Below are positions 52,587 through 54,486 of a DNA stretch of 54,486 nucleotides, piece by piece. Position 1 is the first letter of the stretch. Every line of letters begins with the position of its first letter. The translations under genes were made by a program, and so were the position numbers. The notes beneath the pieces were generated by a model. It was not told where the DNA came from and made no database searches. It saw only the letters and a list, made by a program, of their open reading frames with translations. The stretch is from NCBI GenBank assembly GCA_016176555.1, contig JACOWY010000006.1:1-54486 (forward strand), in the 5' to 3' direction. Source of the stretch: Candidatus Chisholmbacteria bacterium. GTDB lineage: Bacteria; Patescibacteriota; Microgenomatia; UBA1400; JACOWY01.

Positions 52587-53486
52587 ATGAGTATGAAGGC
52601 AACAATCATCGGCACTGGACTCACCAGCATGGTAGGGTCAAGGTTTGTCGAACTGTTTCAAGATGAGTATTATTTCACCAATCTTGACCTGGCGACAGGG
52701 ATTGATATCACCAACGAAGAAGACACGAAACAAAAAATTGAGGGAGGGGAGAGTGGGGGAGTCGTCCTCCACTTTGCTGCTTTCACCGACGTCGATGCCG
52801 CCAACGACCAAGCGGACGACAAAGATGGATTGTGTTACCGACTCAATGTCTTAGGTACCCGTTATGTCGCACAATCATGCAAGGCAGCCGGTAAATACCT
52901 CATCCACATCTCCACCGACTTTGTCTTTGATGGCACTAAAACATCTCCTTACACCGAGTCAGACTCCCCTAATCCCATTGAATGGTACGGCCAAACCAAA
53001 TTTTGGGCCGAACATGAAGTCGAAAAAAGCGGAGTAGCAGGGGTGATCGTCCGCACTACCTATCCTTATCGGGCTCATTTCGAGCCAAAAAAGGATTTCG
53101 TTCGTAACATTATCGCTAAACTCAAAGATGGCACCCTGCCCCCCATGTTTACCGACCACATCATCACCCCCACCTTTATCGATGATATCGCCCATGCGCT
53201 CAAAGTCATCAGTGAAAAAAAACCTCAGGGTATTTATCACGTCGTCGGCTCTTCATACGAGTCAAACTACGATGTTGCGACTAAGGTAGCCAAAATCTTT
53301 GGCCTTGATAAGAGCAGAATAAAACCAGGCAGTCTTGAAGAATTTCTCAAAACTGCTAAACGGCCCTACCAAAAAAGCCTCGCTACCTCTAACGCCAAAC
53401 TCAAACGCGATTTAGGCGTTTCCATGAGCACCCTCGAAGAAGGATTATATAAAATGAGAGAGCAACAACAAGAAAACCCGCGTTAA
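52587..53486 (+). CDS. rfbD: RmlD-like NAD(P)-dependent sugar-nucleotide reductase
   Basis: 299 aa. N-terminal Rossmann region IIGTGLTSMVGSRF, ISTDFVFDG, YGQTKFWAE (YxxxK). Confidence 0.72.
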   Translation: MSMKATIIGTGLTSMVGSRFVELFQDEYYFTNLDLATGIDITNEEDTKQKIEGGESGGVVLHFAAFTDVDAANDQADDKDGLCYRLNVLGTRYVAQSCKAAGKYLIHISTDFVFDGTKTSPYTESDSPNPIEWYGQTKFWAEHEVEKSGVAGVIVRTTYPYRAHFEPKKDFVRNIIAKLKDGTLPPMFTDHIITPTFIDDIAHALKVISEKKPQGIYHVVGSSYESNYDVATKVAKIFGLDKSRIKPGSLEEFLKTAKRPYQKSLATSNAKLKRDLGVSMSTLEEGLYKMREQQQENPR

Positions 53487-53575
53487 TCCGCGTAGGCAGC
53501 ATCACCTAACTTTAAAAGCGTAAACCAATCACGCTGCCTCAAATCTGCGTTAATCTGCTTCTACATGATAAAGTC

Positions 53576-53923
53576 ATGACTATAATCAAGGTTGTCAAGC
53601 TCGTCGTCACCGTCCCCAAAACCCACGCCGATAAGGTCCGTCAAGCCTTAGGTCGCGCCGGAGCCGGCCACCTCGGTAAATACTCCTTTTGCAGCTTTAC
53701 CCTCACTGGCACCGGTCGCTTCTTACCCCAAAAAGGTGCCAAACCAGCTATTGGCAAAGTAGGCCAACTGGAGAAGATCATCGAGGAACGGATTGAAGTC
53801 ACCTGTTACCAGGGAGATCTCGATAAAATCATCGCCGCTGTCAAAAAAGTTCATCCCTACGAAGAACCCGCCATCGACGTCTACCCACTCCTATTACAAG
53901 AAAGGCGAAAATCACGGCTTTAG
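53576..53923 (+). CDS. YqfO C-terminal / COG3323-type PII-like small protein
   Basis: VKLVVTVPKTHADKVRQALGRAGAG..GKYSFCSF...G.F.P..GAKP.IG..G.LE...E.RIEV..HPYEEPAIDVYPL. Confidence 0.6.
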   Translation: MTIIKVVKLVVTVPKTHADKVRQALGRAGAGHLGKYSFCSFTLTGTGRFLPQKGAKPAIGKVGQLEKIIEERIEVTCYQGDLDKIIAAVKKVHPYEEPAIDVYPLLLQERRKSRL

Positions 53924-53927
53924 CCGT

Positions 53928-54010
53928 GGATGAAGCCGATACCAATAAGTCGCGCTTTAGCGCGTACAAAGCGTAACAGAGAACCACGCGTTTACGCGTG
54001 GGTATCTATA
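53928..54010. repeat. second copy of the ~85-bp repeat seen at 21229-21314
   Basis: ggatgaagccgataccaataagtcgcgctttagcgcgtacaaagcgtaacagagaaccacgcgtttacgcgtgggtatctata. Confidence 0.8.
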
Positions 54011-54044
54011 TCCTACCTAACAAGGTTCCGTACCTTGTAAAAGT

Positions 54045-54486
54045 CTACTTTTTCTCAAGTAGATCCGGCCGCCGTTTCTTAGTCCGCTTTAAAGCCTCTT
54101 CTCCTCGCCACTTCTTAATCTCCGCATGATTTCCAGACAAAAGAATTTCAGGAACTTTCTTTCTCTTATATTCCTCCGGCCTCGTATATTGGGGATACTC
54201 TAACATTCCGTAACTCCCACGCTCTGTAGTGTGGTAGTTACGGAAAGACTCCTCTTCAAGTGATGCTGCCTCACCTAACACTCCAGGAATAAGTCGCACC
54301 ACACTATCCACTACTACCATCACTGGTAACTCGCCACCCGTTAACACATAGTCTACTTGAGATTTCTCTAAAGACTCTTGCGGAAAAGCTGTCACGTGAT
54401 CGCCCATGAGCACCACCAGAATGTCAGGACGCATTTTCTTCATGTGGTCAATGATCTTCCAATATTTTTTGATGGTCGGTGTTTTG
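54045..54486 (-). CDS. trmD: tRNA (guanine37-N1)-methyltransferase TrmD, 5'-truncated by the window edge
   Basis: ..[27 protein letters not shown].. and ..[33 protein letters not shown]. Confidence 0.85.
   Translation of the reverse strand, partial: KTPTIKKYWKIIDHMKKMRPDILVVLMGDHVTAFPQESLEKSQVDYVLTGGELPVMVVVDSVVRLIPGVLGEAASLEEESFRNYHTTERGSYGMLEYPQYTRPEEYKRKKVPEILLSGNHAEIKKWRGEEALKRTKKRRPDLLEKK

Noticed and set aside
52344-52666. ORFs of 78 aa (minus) and 99 aa (plus) in the rfbC-rfbD spacer.
   Set aside because: They are mutually overlapping and Arg/Gly/Pro-rich, and are encoded by the GC-rich hairpin block. They are more likely structural DNA/RNA than protein.
1-54486. tRNA, rRNA, transposase, integrase and toxin-antitoxin genes.
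   Set aside because: I scanned by eye for T-loop-like GGTTCRAWTCC motifs, rRNA-like conserved blocks and DDE or tyrosine-recombinase motifs and found none. A tRNAscan, Infernal or HMM run is still needed to be certain.

Overview
The window is 54.5 kb of densely coding bacterial DNA. It reads with the standard genetic code: TGA is used as a stop and RF2 is present. By inference it comes from a small-genome, uncultivated, Gram-positive-type lineage (CPR/Patescibacteria-like). That inference rests on gene content, a sortase/LPXTG pair, many orphan secreted proteins and unusually repeat-rich intergenic DNA.

Most genes are housekeeping genes on the + strand:
- secA, prfB, ftsE-ftsX plus an EnvC-like M23 peptidase, and tsaE-tsaB.
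- metK behind a SAM-I riboswitch.
- rarA, an ssb-like gene, yggS, trmD (partial) and a YgeW-type carbamoyltransferase.
- dTDP-rhamnose genes: an rfbA-like gene at 39 kb and rfbB/C/D-like genes at 50.5-53.5 kb.

The main finding is a ~10.7-kb accessory locus at 23.1-33.8 kb made of two convergent blocks:
- The + block holds a YezD-like small protein, three large secreted proteins and a sortase. The three proteins are built from an Asn/Asp-rich ~85-90-aa module that I do not recognise. One of them ends in LPVTG plus a TM segment plus a basic tail.
- The - block holds a single-module paralogue, a TasA/camelysin-like protein with a SipW-class signal peptide, a SipW-type signal peptidase, a lamin-tail-domain protein and a TasA-like/RTX fusion.
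- The - block carries a duplicated promoter-plus-terminator-containing leader.
I read this as an undescribed dual-pathway (sortase plus SipW) surface-fibre/matrix system.

Other notable observations:
- Copies of both ends of a DUF457-like gene sit at the borders of two neighbouring insertions.
- Several families of short structured repeats (MITE/REP-like) are present. Some appear to have been absorbed in frame into secA, ftsE, rarA and a GIY-YIG gene.
- Two genes carry an internal deletion plus frameshift.

No rRNA, tRNA, CRISPR array, transposase or integrase gene was recognised. All domain calls come from motif recognition by eye; no searches were run.
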